Shown piece by piece: positions 18,725-28,587 of a stretch of 64,000 nt of DNA. Origin of the DNA: Candidatus Sungiibacteriota bacterium (GTDB lineage: Bacteria; Patescibacteriota; Minisyncoccia; Sungbacterales; HO2-52-23); NCBI GenBank assembly GCA_016432465.1, contig CP066690.1, positions 57,233 to 121,232 on the forward strand, written 5' to 3'. A program made the position numbers and the translations under genes. How positions within the stretch are numbered: the first letter of the stretch is position 1; every line of letters begins with the position of its first letter. Below the pieces are notes generated by a model. It saw nothing but the letters and a program-made list of their open reading frames with translations. It was not told where the DNA came from and made no database searches.

Positions 18725-19831
18725 TCACTCAATTTCTCTCCGCGAGTTTATTTTTATATTCTGTAAAATCCCCACCCCTGCCAAAAGTGTCACCAGACTT
18801 GACCCGCCGTAAGAAACAAAGGGCAGTGTAATCCCGGTAATCGGCAATGCTCCCATATTCATTCCTATATGTATAAAACTTTGCGTAAAAATCAACGCGG
18901 CAAAACCAAGAGTGTAAAGACGGGAAAAATTATCCGAAGCATTCATACCAATACGAACAACCCGCCAGATGACGATTAAAAATAAAAGAAGCATAAATAT
19001 GGTTCCGACAAAACCCCACTCTTCTGCAAAGGCGGCAAAAATAAAATCCGTCTCGGCTTCGGGCAAAAAGTGAAGATGCGTTTGCGAGCCGTAACCAAGC
19101 CCCTTACCCCGCAACTGTCCCGAACCCACGGCAATCATAGACTGCAGAACCTGATACCCTGCACCCCTGGAATCCGCGTAGGGATCAAAAAAAGAAGTTA
19201 TGCGCGTTTTCTGATAAGGTTTTAGCGCACCAAGCCACGCCCCCCCAATTATTAATGCCGCAATAAGCAGCAGGGCAAAGAAGTGGCGTAACTTCATGCC
19301 CGAAAAAACCACAATAGCAACCCAAATAGAAATTAAGACAACCGCCGAGCCGAGATCCGGCTGAAGAAGCACAAGAGAAGTGGGTATTATAAGATAAAGC
19401 CCGGAGACAAGAAGGTGCTCTACGCGGTAAATTTCAATGTGGCGCTTGGAAAAAAATTTGGCAAAAAGTATAACCAGCGCAAGTTTTACAAGTTCAACCG
19501 GCTGGAAAAGCACATTGCCGAATTTCAGCCAAGCGTCCACCCCGCGTATTTTAAAGCTGGCAGTAAGAACGGCCACCAGCAAAACAACCGTCAGCACATA
19601 AAAAATAAAAACCGCAAAACTTTGAGTACGAAAAAGGCGAAAATCAATCGAGCTTGCTGCAAGAAGGAGGACAATCCCGACGCCGGCCCAAAGAAGCTGC
19701 CGCTCAAAATAAGGAAGGGGGCTCACGCCAGATAAACTAAAGAGCGATAAAATTCCAAGCCCCGTCAACAAAAAAACTGCCCCCTGCAGGAGCCAGTCAA
19801 AACGACTAACGTGCGCAAGTATACTCCGCAT
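18725..19831 (-). CDS. SEDS-family peptidoglycan glycosyltransferase (FtsW/RodA)
   Basis: 10-TM topology and conserved C-terminal SEDS block ...GYGSQTHLHFLPEAETDFIFAAFAEEWGF... Confidence 0.85.
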   Translation of the reverse strand: MRSILAHVSRFDWLLQGAVFLLTGLGILSLFSLSGVSPLPYFERQLLWAGVGIVLLLAASSIDFRLFRTQSFAVFIFYVLTVVLLVAVLTASFKIRGVDAWLKFGNVLFQPVELVKLALVILFAKFFSKRHIEIYRVEHLLVSGLYLIIPTSLVLLQPDLGSAVVLISIWVAIVVFSGMKLRHFFALLLIAALIIGGAWLGALKPYQKTRITSFFDPYADSRGAGYQVLQSMIAVGSGQLRGKGLGYGSQTHLHFLPEAETDFIFAAFAEEWGFVGTIFMLLLFLIVIWRVVRIGMNASDNFSRLYTLGFAALIFTQSFIHIGMNMGALPITGITLPFVSYGGSSLVTLLAGVGILQNIKINSRREIE

Positions 19832-19837
19832 GATATT

Positions 19838-20623
19838 TTAAGGCCTTTGAATCGCCGAAGGATCAAAAACGTTAACCCTTGGCTCAATAATTATGGTGTC
19901 GGCTACACCCCTAAGCTCTTCGGGCCAAATAGATTTTACTACCTTTCGTGAATTAGAAAAAAGATCTTCAAGCAGCACTTTGTTGACACCAAGCAGATTT
20001 CCTTCTTTATCTAAAACCGTGAAATTTACTTCAACCTTGCGATAGTCAGGAACGGAGCGGTTGAAGATGCTAACCTCAATAACACTTTGCTTAAGGCCGT
20101 TTTCTTCCATAACCTTATAGTCTCTGCGTTCCACGATCAAGTTGGGTTTATCAACTTGGTTTACCTGCCACTCCGCGTTTAAAATTCTTAGTTCAACACG
20201 GTTCGGCGCGCGGGTCGTAACAAGATTTGTTTCAATAAGATGCAGACGTTCTTGAGGAAGAATAAAAGTTTTACCTGTTTTTCTGGAGATGAGTCCTAAA
20301 CCGTCAAAAAGCGAAAACTCGTACTCCACGTTTGCTGAAGACAATTCCTCATTTAAATTTTGAGCCTCGGCTGCTACGTCGTAAGTACCCGGACGCGCTA
20401 TTACTGCACGGGTCCAGAAAATAGATAGCGGTTTTGGGTTTCTTAACTCGCAGGGCGCGCAGGACCCTCCGCAATCAATATCAAATTCATTTTTATTTTT
20501 TTTATTATCAAAACAGGTTGCCTCTGGCAGAAATTTTGGCACAATCAAAAATCCGAGGCCAACAATAATCACGGCAATAATCAGGAGTACGGTAAGTTGC
20601 TTACGAGCACGCCAAGAAAGCAT
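19838..20623 (-). CDS. hypothetical membrane-anchored protein
   Basis: 261-aa ORF, N-terminal TM anchor, Cys cluster DCGGSCAPCE. Confidence 0.45.
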   Translation of the reverse strand: MLSWRARKQLTVLLIIAVIIVGLGFLIVPKFLPEATCFDNKKNKNEFDIDCGGSCAPCELRNPKPLSIFWTRAVIARPGTYDVAAEAQNLNEELSSANVEYEFSLFDGLGLISRKTGKTFILPQERLHLIETNLVTTRAPNRVELRILNAEWQVNQVDKPNLIVERRDYKVMEENGLKQSVIEVSIFNRSVPDYRKVEVNFTVLDKEGNLLGVNKVLLEDLFSNSRKVVKSIWPEELRGVADTIIIEPRVNVFDPSAIQRP

Positions 20624-20715
20624 ATCCTTATACTATCAGAAAGTCCTTAAAAAGAAAACGGCGAGCTACGCCGTTCTATCTTATTGGTTCAAGAAGCACC
20701 TTTATGAGGGAAAAA

Positions 20716-20868
20716 TCAAGAATCGGTCTCCCGCACAAATTCCTCATGTCCGCACTTGTCACAACGAAGTCCTCGCCGCTCCGTAGATCGACTAACCAGC
20801 TCGGAAAACCGACCCATCCATCCCTTCCTGCATACTTGACACAATGCCACGCCGCACATGCAGCACAT
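20716..20868 (-). CDS. small Cys-rich zinc-ribbon-like protein (50 aa), alternative to track ORF 20676..20879
   Basis: ATG 8 nt downstream of RBS aaaggagg; MCCMCGVALCQVC...CDKCGHEE has three CxxC pairs; frame choice uncertain. Confidence 0.25.
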   Translation of the reverse strand: MCCMCGVALCQVCRKGWMGRFSELVSRSTERRGLRCDKCGHEEFVRETDS

Positions 20869-21206
20869 CTCCCATTCACCTCCTTTCTGAAGAACTAAAT
20901 TCCCGTGGCGGAATTGCCACGGGAATTATTTTCCAAAAGTTTTTGATTAAAACCTTCTTAGTTTAGACAATAATTTCCATGGCAAAATATTGCAAAACAC
21001 CGCAACGACGTGCGGTTCGCTTCACATTATTAAACATGGAACAAAGTTGCTGCATAATAATTGATCTTGGGTGCTAGCAATGGTATTCCGGCCCGCGCTT
21101 CGCTGAAGCTTCGGCGAGGCGAGCAAACCCTATCCAGCACATAACAAGTTATGTACTGGACTCCGTTCTCCCGCTTTCAGCGGGATCACTTCGCTTTCCC
21201 AACATT

Positions 21207-21325
21207 ACTGGCGTACCCTACTTTCCCAGGCGCGGATTGGCACCAAGTATCATTGGGCCTAGATGCTTTCACTACTGAGTTCGGAATGGAATCAGGTGGA
21301 TCACATCTAGGTAAAACACCAGCAA
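21207..21325 (-). rRNA. rrf: 5S ribosomal RNA
   Basis: reverse complement matches 5S core CCACCTGAttCCATtCCGAACTCAGtAGTGAAA...GCGCCTGGGAAAGTAGG; terminal helix pairs. Confidence 0.85.
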
Positions 21326-21713
21326 AGTTCGGAATGCGAAACCAAACTTAACTTGGCGAGTCTCACCATATATTTTTGAGAAACTTCTCAAAAATTTATA
21401 GGCGGGCAGGTAATTAATGATCTATTAGTATCGCTCGGCTAAACGCATTGCTGCGCTTACACCTGCGACCTATCAACGTAGTCATCTTCTACGGATCTAA
21501 TACTAGCGGACATCAGAAATCGGAGATCGGAAATCAGAAAAGTTCTGACGTCTGATTTCTGAAATCTGAAGTCCGCTAGTTCGATACCTAATCTTGAGGC
21601 GTGCTTCGCACTTATATGCTTTCAGCGCTTATCACAACCGAACATAGCTACCCAGCGGTGCTCCTGGCGGAACAGCTGGTACACCAGAGGTTCGTTCATC
21701 CCGGTCCTCTCGT

Positions 21714-22354
21714 CACATTTTCTTCTATCACTAGAAGTGTAGACTATATCTTTGCCCCTTTGGATTTTGATCTAAAGTCGGGCATCGGCATATTATAATC
21801 AAGAATTTTCTTGACTATCCGTCCCGGCAATGCCGGGAACAAGTCGTTACGGGGTCATATTGACAAATTCTAGTATATCATGTAATAATGATATCGCCGA
21901 AATGAAAGGAGGACTCATGGCCCGAGAGTTGGTCGTTGACATGTTCTATTCAACGATTAAGACACCATGGATTACCTGCGATAAGTGTGGCTTTAAAGCA
22001 AAACAGTCAGATCTCAGATATGACGGATATTATAAGGATCATTCTGGTTTTAACCACCATTTTCACTGTCCAAGGTGTTATGAGTCTATTTTAATACCAA
22101 GCCTTTTATAGGCGGTATCATCAACCATTGCTCCTGACTTCCCGGGAGCATTTTTTTGTCAATTGACTTCCCACGGTATTAACTTTAGTATGTTTGATCG
22201 AAGTTCTCGGACCGCGAGATTTCTTCGCAAACTAAAGCATCCATGGCTAAGCCGAGTTTGACTCGGCCGCCATCCCGTCCCGCTTTTAGCGGGATTAGGG
22301 ACCGTTATTAGCCAAATTGTCATCGCGCATTACTGCGCGAAGTAGCAATACTTT
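21714..22354 (-). mobile_element. group-I-like intron in 23S at sarcin-ricin loop (exons rejoin to CCUAGU|ACGAGAGG)
   Basis: 5' exon ends in U, insertion ends in G, removal restores conserved CCUAGUACGAGAGGACC; 641 nt. Confidence 0.6.
21917..22111 (+). CDS. small zinc-ribbon protein encoded antisense inside 23S intron
   Basis: TTGACA-17-TAATAA promoter at 21860-21888, RBS aaaggagg 21905-21912, ATG 21917, CDKCG...CPRC motifs, hairpin+T7 terminator 22150-22178. Confidence 0.45.
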   Translation: MARELVVDMFYSTIKTPWITCDKCGFKAKQSDLRYDGYYKDHSGFNHHFHCPRCYESILIPSLL

Positions 22355-22405
22355 ACTAGGGACGACCCCTCTCAAGTATCAACGCCTGTGGTAGATAGGA
22401 GACCA

Positions 22406-22439
<34 letters not shown>

Positions 22440-22444
22440 GACTT

Positions 22445-22493
<49 letters not shown>

Positions 22494-22509
22494 AAGTCGA
22501 GCCGACATC

Positions 22510-23130
22510 GTATGTTCGCTTCGCTCACAACGCGATACCAATATACGAATGGCATGCGAATGATACGAATTGCGAATTTCCTCTATTACTAGAGGCATGG
22601 ACTATATCTTCATCCCCCTGCATGCCTGCGGAAGGAGCTCGCGTATTATATTTTGCTTAAAGCAAAATATCTTTCCGAACTTTATTCGGAAAAGTCTCTA
22701 CGGGGTTAATGCTTTTTTTATAGAAGCTCTGGTTTCAGCAAACTTAGCGACATCTTGAATAGCTTGCTGAATTTCAGTTTCAATAATATCAACCGGTCGT
22801 TTCCCTGAATCAATCTCCGCATCAGTCCAATTTCTACGACCAATCGGGTCTTCCAATTGTTGAAGTCGTGCAACGAGCCTTGACGATGCCTCGCTCAACA
22901 AAAGATTATTTTCTTCCAATTGATTCAGAAGTTCTTGGTTGTTTAATTGTAATTCTTCTTTCATATGCATAACTTCCCTCGGTATTATCCTATCAAATTT
23001 GGTTCAAAAACTCAATAGGATTTCACCGATATTAGCGAGATTTTTATGCAGGATTACTCCTGCAGCACCCCGATGATCGTGATGGCCAGTCACGTGCAAA
23101 CTAGTTAACCAGAGAACTAGCTAACTAATA
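22510..23130 (-). mobile_element. intervening sequence in 23S near the conserved ...CACCUC/GAUGUCGG... peptidyl-transferase segment (intron class undetermined)
   Basis: conserved GGCACCUC and GAUGUCGGCUC exon blocks separated by ~620 nt; boundaries lack canonical group I/II termini. Confidence 0.5.
22698..22970 (-). CDS. small coiled-coil protein encoded within 23S intervening sequence (sense to rRNA)
   Basis: 90-aa ORF with RBS gagggaag; heptad-rich; no HE motifs. Confidence 0.35.
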   Translation of the reverse strand: MHMKEELQLNNQELLNQLEENNLLLSEASSRLVARLQQLEDPIGRRNWTDAEIDSGKRPVDIIETEIQQAIQDVAKFAETRASIKKALTP

Positions 23131-23511
23131 AACTATTGTTGAGGTGCCGAACTCCGCCGTCGATATGAACTCTTGGGCGGAACTAGCCTGTTATCCCCAG
23201 AGTAGCTTTTGTCTGATAATCTTTGGCCTTGTTCTAGAAAGCGATAAATACCCACACCTCGGAACTGAATCCGAAGCGTGAATAATTACCATGGCCATCG
23301 GTTCACTAAGCTCTGCTTTCGCACCTGCGCGGGATATCCCCCTTGCAGTCAAGCCGGCTTGTGCCTTTACACGTCCACCCCGATTTCCATCCGGGGTAAG
23401 CCGACCTTAATAGACCACTCCATTACTTTTTGGGAGTGTAGTGCCCCACCAAAACTGCCCACCAGACACTGTTCCAGTTGGGCTTCACCGCGAAGCCCAC
23501 AGTTAAGTTTA

Positions 23512-23640
23512 AGGTTAAAAGTTTATTGTTAAGGTTGTGAGTTGTTAGTTTAAGTTAATGTTTAACCTAAACCAAAAACTTACAACCTAAACTTACAGGT
23601 TGCCAGAGCAACCGAAACTTTAAACTTAAAACTGTCGTGT
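23512..23640. repeat. AT-rich nested-palindrome element inside 23S
   Basis: gttaaggttgtgag...tttaagttaatgtttaacctaaac... related to 25185, 27305, 27843 copies. Confidence 0.55.
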
Positions 23641-24027
23641 GAACACTGCGGTGTTCCCAACCGGTTAGAATTTAAAACTTCAAAGAGTGGTATTTCACTG
23701 ACGGCTCCTCTTGATCCGGAAACCAAGAATCAAAGCCTGCCACCTATGCTACGCATCAAAGTTCTAAACCCAATATCAAGTTGCAGTAAAGCTTCTGGGG
23801 TCTTTTCGTCTAACCACAGGTATCCGGCATCTTCACCGGAATTGTATTTTCACCGGGCTCCTCGTTGAGACAGTCCCCTAGTCGTTACGCCTTTCGTGCG
23901 CTTCAGAACTTACCTGAAAAGGAATTGCGCTCAATTACGTTATCACCGAGCACTCAATTTTGGATTTGACAAAATTGTCAAAATTGGTTATGTTGAATAT
24001 GGTACGTTCTACCTACTGGAGGTAAAC

Positions 24028-24237
24028 ATGAAGTTCAAGGACTTGGAGATTGGGGATCATTTTGTTCTCCCAAACCATATCCCAACCAGGAACGGTATCC
24101 CTTCACCCATCGATGCTGTACAGCTTGAGGTTTTTCGTAGGATCACCACTCATGGACGCATTAACGTGCTGTCCGTAAAATCTTTGGCTCCAGGATACGT
24201 TAACCATAACGCTCCGGTCATCAAACTTATCATGTGA
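24028..24237 (+). CDS. small protein (69 aa) encoded antisense inside the L1931 intron
   Basis: TTGACA(23966-23971)-17-TATGTT promoter, RBS ggaggt 24018-24023, ATG 24028, stop 24237, hairpin gccaccgccggtggc + TTTTT 24242-24262; cassette bounded by perfect 18-nt inverted repeat 23946-23963 / 24270-24287. Confidence 0.45.
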   Translation: MKFKDLEIGDHFVLPNHIPTRNGIPSPIDAVQLEVFRRITTHGRINVLSVKSLAPGYVNHNAPVIKLIM

Positions 24238-24348
24238 TTTCGCCACCGCCGGTGGCATTTTTAAATAATCCAAAATTGAGTGCTCGGATCCTCTATGTCG
24301 CCATAGAGATCGGACTATATCTTACAAACAGAAGTCAGGTGTTGGAAA

Positions 24349-24912
24349 TCAGAAGTCAGAATGCTTCCGACTTCCAATATCCGATGTCTGATATCTGTTG
24401 TTCTGGCGTATAGTCTCTGAGGATTCAAGATATTGAGATGGTTTCTTACGATTCATTTGCTCTACTGTCCTCGCAATTTCTTTCATACCCTTCTTGGTTA
24501 GATGGATTTTCCGTTCCATCATATCAAGAATTTTTATGAATCGTTTGAAGTCACTTTGTTTTGCAGTACGGAGCGGATATTTCTGAAAGAAAGGAATTAT
24601 TTTCTCACGTATATCTTTCGTAGACCTAACACAATAACGATATAGCGGTTCACGGTGATTATCGTAACGCTTATTGATGAAAATTTTTCCGCAGCCGAAG
24701 AATTTTTGTAATTCTTCAAGAGCGAATAAACTTTTTTCACCTTGCGTTACCACAAACTCCGGAAAAACCTGCCATCCATTTTTAAGAATCCTATTACGAA
24801 AGACTCCTACAGAGAAACATCCTTCTCCGTCTACAAAACCAGTTATCCATCCCAAATAATAATCTTGCCTTTCCTGCTGATTATCTGCACTGGACACATT
24901 TTTACTTGGCAT
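24349..24912 (-). CDS. LAGLIDADG homing endonuclease (single-motif type)
   Basis: LGWITGFVDGEGCF dodecapeptide motif, 187 aa, inside intron and sense to rRNA. Confidence 0.85.
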   Translation of the reverse strand: MPSKNVSSADNQQERQDYYLGWITGFVDGEGCFSVGVFRNRILKNGWQVFPEFVVTQGEKSLFALEELQKFFGCGKIFINKRYDNHREPLYRYCVRSTKDIREKIIPFFQKYPLRTAKQSDFKRFIKILDMMERKIHLTKKGMKEIARTVEQMNRKKPSQYLESSETIRQNNRYQTSDIGSRKHSDF

Positions 24913-25184
24913 AATTTTAGAAGATTTTATCCCCTAAGGATAATTATACCTTAGTAGTGCCAGATACTCCAGACTTTCCAGCATATAGTCCCGACGTTTC
25001 ATCTAAAAATTAGGATGAAGAAGTCGGGATCCCGATTTTACACTATGATTATTTTATAAATAGTGCATCGGGACCAGATTTTATTAAAGCAGCGCGCTTT
25101 CTACTTTAAGACCCTTATAGTTAGGGCCGACATTGACGAGGGCTTGATACCTAGAGCCGCGAGGCGGCCTCGTATGTTTATAAG

Positions 25185-25325
25185 TTTGTAGTTAAAAGTT
25201 TTGAGTTTAAGTTAAAAGTGATTAGTTTAAGTTAACGTTAACCTAAACATTAAACTAAAAACTTAAACTTAGGAGGCCGCTAGGCCGGAACCTAGAACTA
25301 AAAACTATAAACTAATCGAGGTCGC
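25185..25325. repeat. AT-rich nested-palindrome element inside 23S (near E. coli ~1860)
   Basis: ...gtttaagttaaaagtgattagtttaagttaacgttaacctaaac...cttaggaggccgctaggccggaacc... Confidence 0.6.
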
Positions 25326-26151
25326 CCCGCGACCAAGGTATTTAACCTTCTCGCATTGGTCAGGCGTCACCCCCCATACATCCTCTTACGAGTTAGCGGG
25401 GAGCTGTGTTTTTGGTAAACAGTCGCCAGGGGTACTTTTGTTGCAGCCCCTAAGCCCTTGCGGGCCGGGGCAGACCTTATTGCGAACTTACGGTCGCTTT
25501 TTTGCCGAGTTCCTTAACGAGGAATCACCCATTCGCCTTAGTGTTCTCCACCAACCCACCTGTGTCGGTTTACGGTACGGTCGCATGCTGATATTTTAGA
25601 CGGTTTTCTGGGAAACGCGCTTTGCAAAATTTCTAATGGATTGCTCCAAAAGATTTTCTCCGCGCTTGGAACCGAGCATTACCTCCATGGACGGATTTTC
25701 CTATCCACGTTCCTTACGCTAAGAACGAAAATCCAATAATTCGCTTTGCATACTGCGTTCCGTTACGCCATCAAAACAACATGCGGTGCTGGAATATTAA
25801 CCAGCTGTCCATCAGCTACGGCTTTCGCCATTGCCTTAGGACCGACTAACCCTCAGTTGATTGCCATTGCTGAGGAAACCTTGGGTTTTCGGCGGTCCGG
25901 GCTTTCACCGGACTTGCGGTTACTTGTGCCAACATTCTCTCTTCTTAACGCTCCAGTCGCCCTCGCGGGTCAACCTTCACTGCATTAAGAATGCTCTTCT
26001 ACTGCTTGCGCAACTGCCAATTGCCAACCGCTAACTCTTAATTTTTATTAGAAATTAGAAGTTAGAAATTCGAAGTTGCGCAAGCCCGTAGCTTCGGTAC
26101 AACGCTTAGCCCCGAGTATCTTTGGTGCAGTGTCTCTAGACGAGTGAGCTG

Positions 26152-26194
<43 letters not shown>

Positions 26195-26923
26195 CGCTGT
26201 TTGAGAAACTCCACCGCCTTATTACACTTAGCGTTGATTTAGGGACCTTAGCTGACGATCTGGGCTGTTGCCCTCTTGCACGATGGAGCTTAGCCCCCAC
26301 CTGCTGACTCTTGGAATAACTATACGCGCATTCGGAGTTTGGTTGGTTCGCCGAGCTTTCGCCCTTACGAACCATCCAGTAGCTCTACCTCGCGTATCGT
26401 ATAATCCAAGGCTAGCCCAAAAGCTATTTCGAAGAGAACCAGCTATTACCAGATTCGATTAGCTTTTCACTCCTTACCACAGGTCATCCGAAGGCGTTGA
26501 ACGACCCACCGGTTCGGGCCTCCCCCCGATGTTACTCGGGGTTCACCCTGCCCATGGCAAGCTCATCTGGCTTCGGGTCTTTTGAATACTACCTACAAAA
26601 GCTTCTTAGCTTATAGCTTCCTAGCTTCCTAGGAACGAAAATAAACTCGCACCTAAAAAGCTAAGAAGCTAAAAAGCTAGAAAGCTATTGAAAACGCGCT
26701 ATTAACACTCGGTTTCCCTACGACTCGGTGCCTCGCGGCACTTAGTCAAGCAGTATCCAAAAACTCGTTGGCTCATTCTTCAATAGGCACCACAGCAGAG
26801 ATCAGAGGTCGGATGTCGGAAATCAGAATTTTAGTTCCGACTTCTGATTTCCGATCTCTGATCTCCTTTGTGTCCTTGTAAGCATATGGTTTCAGGTACT
26901 ATTTCACCGCCCTCACCGGGCTG

Positions 26924-26962
<39 letters not shown>

Positions 26963-27304
26963 GTTCCGGGAGTATTTAGCCTTGGCGGACTAGTTCCGCC
27001 TGCTTCCTGCCCAGTCTCCATACGGGGCAGTACTCAAGAACCCCGACGCACTATTAGAAATCTAACAATGAAGTCGGGGTCCCGACTTTACGTCGGGATA
27101 ATAACTAGGAGCATGCAATATTTTTCAAATACGGGGCTTTCACCCTCTTTGGCCGGCCTTTCCAGGGCCGTTCTTCTAAATAAATCGCAACTTTTTGCTC
27201 CTTCGGATCGCTCCGAGCGCTATTATCTTACAACCTCCCGGTCTCCATTAAATAAATTCAATAGAAACCGGGATTTGGGCTGATCCCTTTTCGCTCGCCG
27301 CTAC

Positions 27305-27450
27305 TGGGGGAATATATCAGTTTATAGTTAAAGGTTTTAAGTTTAAGTTAAAAGTTATTAGTTTAAGTTAGCGTTAACTTAAACTTTAAACTAAAAACTT
27401 AAACTTAGGAGGCCGTTAGGCCGTAACCTAAAACTAAAAACTGACATTCT
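27305..27450. repeat. AT-rich nested-palindrome element inside 23S (near E. coli ~200)
   Basis: ~95% identical to copy at 27843-27975. Confidence 0.65.
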
Positions 27451-27507
27451 TTTCTTTTCCTCCGCTTACTGAGATGTTTCACTTCAGCGGGTATCGCGCC
27501 AAGCACT

Positions 27508-27695
27508 CATTTCTATACACTTGACAAATTTATAAATATAAACTATGCTAAGATCAACCAAGGGGGTTTGGTTACAACCACCGATAGCCTGGCCCGGTCC
27601 TACCGGACTTCCCAGGCCGCTGGTTGGTTAGACCCCCCTGCCACAGGTTTTCCCTGTGGCCTCTTTTTTGAGTACAGAAATGAGTGCTCGGCGAA
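27508..27695 (+). promoter_or_regulatory. antisense promoter-terminator cassette within 23S 5' domain expansion helix
   Basis: IR cgccaagcactcatttct / agaaatgagtgctcggcg flanks TTGACA(27531)-17-TATGCT and hairpin ccacaggttttccctgtgg + CCTCTTTTTT (27636-27668); no ORF with RBS. Confidence 0.4.
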
Positions 27696-27842
27696 TGCGT
27701 TTTACGCAAACGGGTTTCCCCATTCGGACATCGCCGGATCAAAGGTTGCTCGCCACCTCCCCGACGCTTATCGCAGGCACGCCACGTCCTTCATCGCCTC
27801 CGGAACCCTAGGCATCCACCATATGCTCTTAATTAATTCTGT

Positions 27843-27975
27843 TCATAGTTAAAGGTTCTAAGTTTAAGTTAAAAGTTATTAGTTTAAGTTAGCGTTAACT
27901 TAAACTTTAAACTAAAAAACTTGAACTTAGGAGTCTCGCTGTAAGCGGGACGAAACCTGAAACTAAGAACTGATT
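27843..27975. repeat. AT-rich nested-palindrome element in 23S 5' leader
   Basis: near-identical to 27305-27450 copy. Confidence 0.65.
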
Positions 27976-28538
27976 TTACCTGCCCGCCTATAAATTTTTG
28001 CTTATTAGCCAAAAAATTATGGGGCGGGAATACAATTTTTTACTTCGACTATGCTCAGAATTCTAATACTGAGCCTGCCGAAGTATACCTGTTTATTCAG
28101 TTTTCAAGATACTATCCTTATCTGCCATCGGATATCCACCTGCTATAAACGGATATCCGACGGCAGGTAAACCCGCGCACTAATTCTGAAATGGTTTTGT
28201 CTCAACTGAGATTATTTCCGCGGTGTCGCCTCTGTCAAGCTAAACTTGACGTCGGCTCCATCAGTACCAACACTAAAGCCTCAATAGAATTAGTGCGGGG
28301 TCAATTGTCCGTTTCCAAATTTTCTGCGCCTGATGGCTTAAAAATTTGGACGGAACAATTGAAAAACCGCGTAAGTACGCGGCTCTTTCACACAGTATCT
28401 AAAAACTGTAGGCTAAATTTCAATCATTTTTTGAGCCGCTTTATTTTTAAATTGTAGACGGGTTTTCATTGTTATCGCAATTATACTCCCGGCCCCATCT
28501 TGCTGTCAACAATATCTGTGGATAAGCTGTCAAATACA

Positions 28539-28569
28539 AAACCGTCCCGGCCGGCCGGGACGGTTTTGT
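28539..28569 (-). terminator. perfect GC hairpin (bidirectional intrinsic terminator)
   Basis: aaaaccgtcccggccggccgggacggttttg downstream of 28588..29268. Confidence 0.6.
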
Positions 28570-28587
28570 AGCAAAATTCTCTGAAAA

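Larger units (their letters stand above)
23932..25102 (-). mobile_element. group I intron in 23S at position equivalent to E. coli L1931, encoding LAGLIDADG homing endonuclease
   Basis: exons rejoin to ...AAAGU|AGCGCAAUUCC (helix 69/71 region); U at -1 and terminal G; contains HE ORF. Confidence 0.8.

Noticed and set aside
20936-21200. tRNA or other RNA gene in the ~270-nt spacer downstream of 5S
   Set aside because: Several hairpins are present but no T-loop (GTTCRANYC) or acceptor/anticodon arrangement; treated as operon trailer
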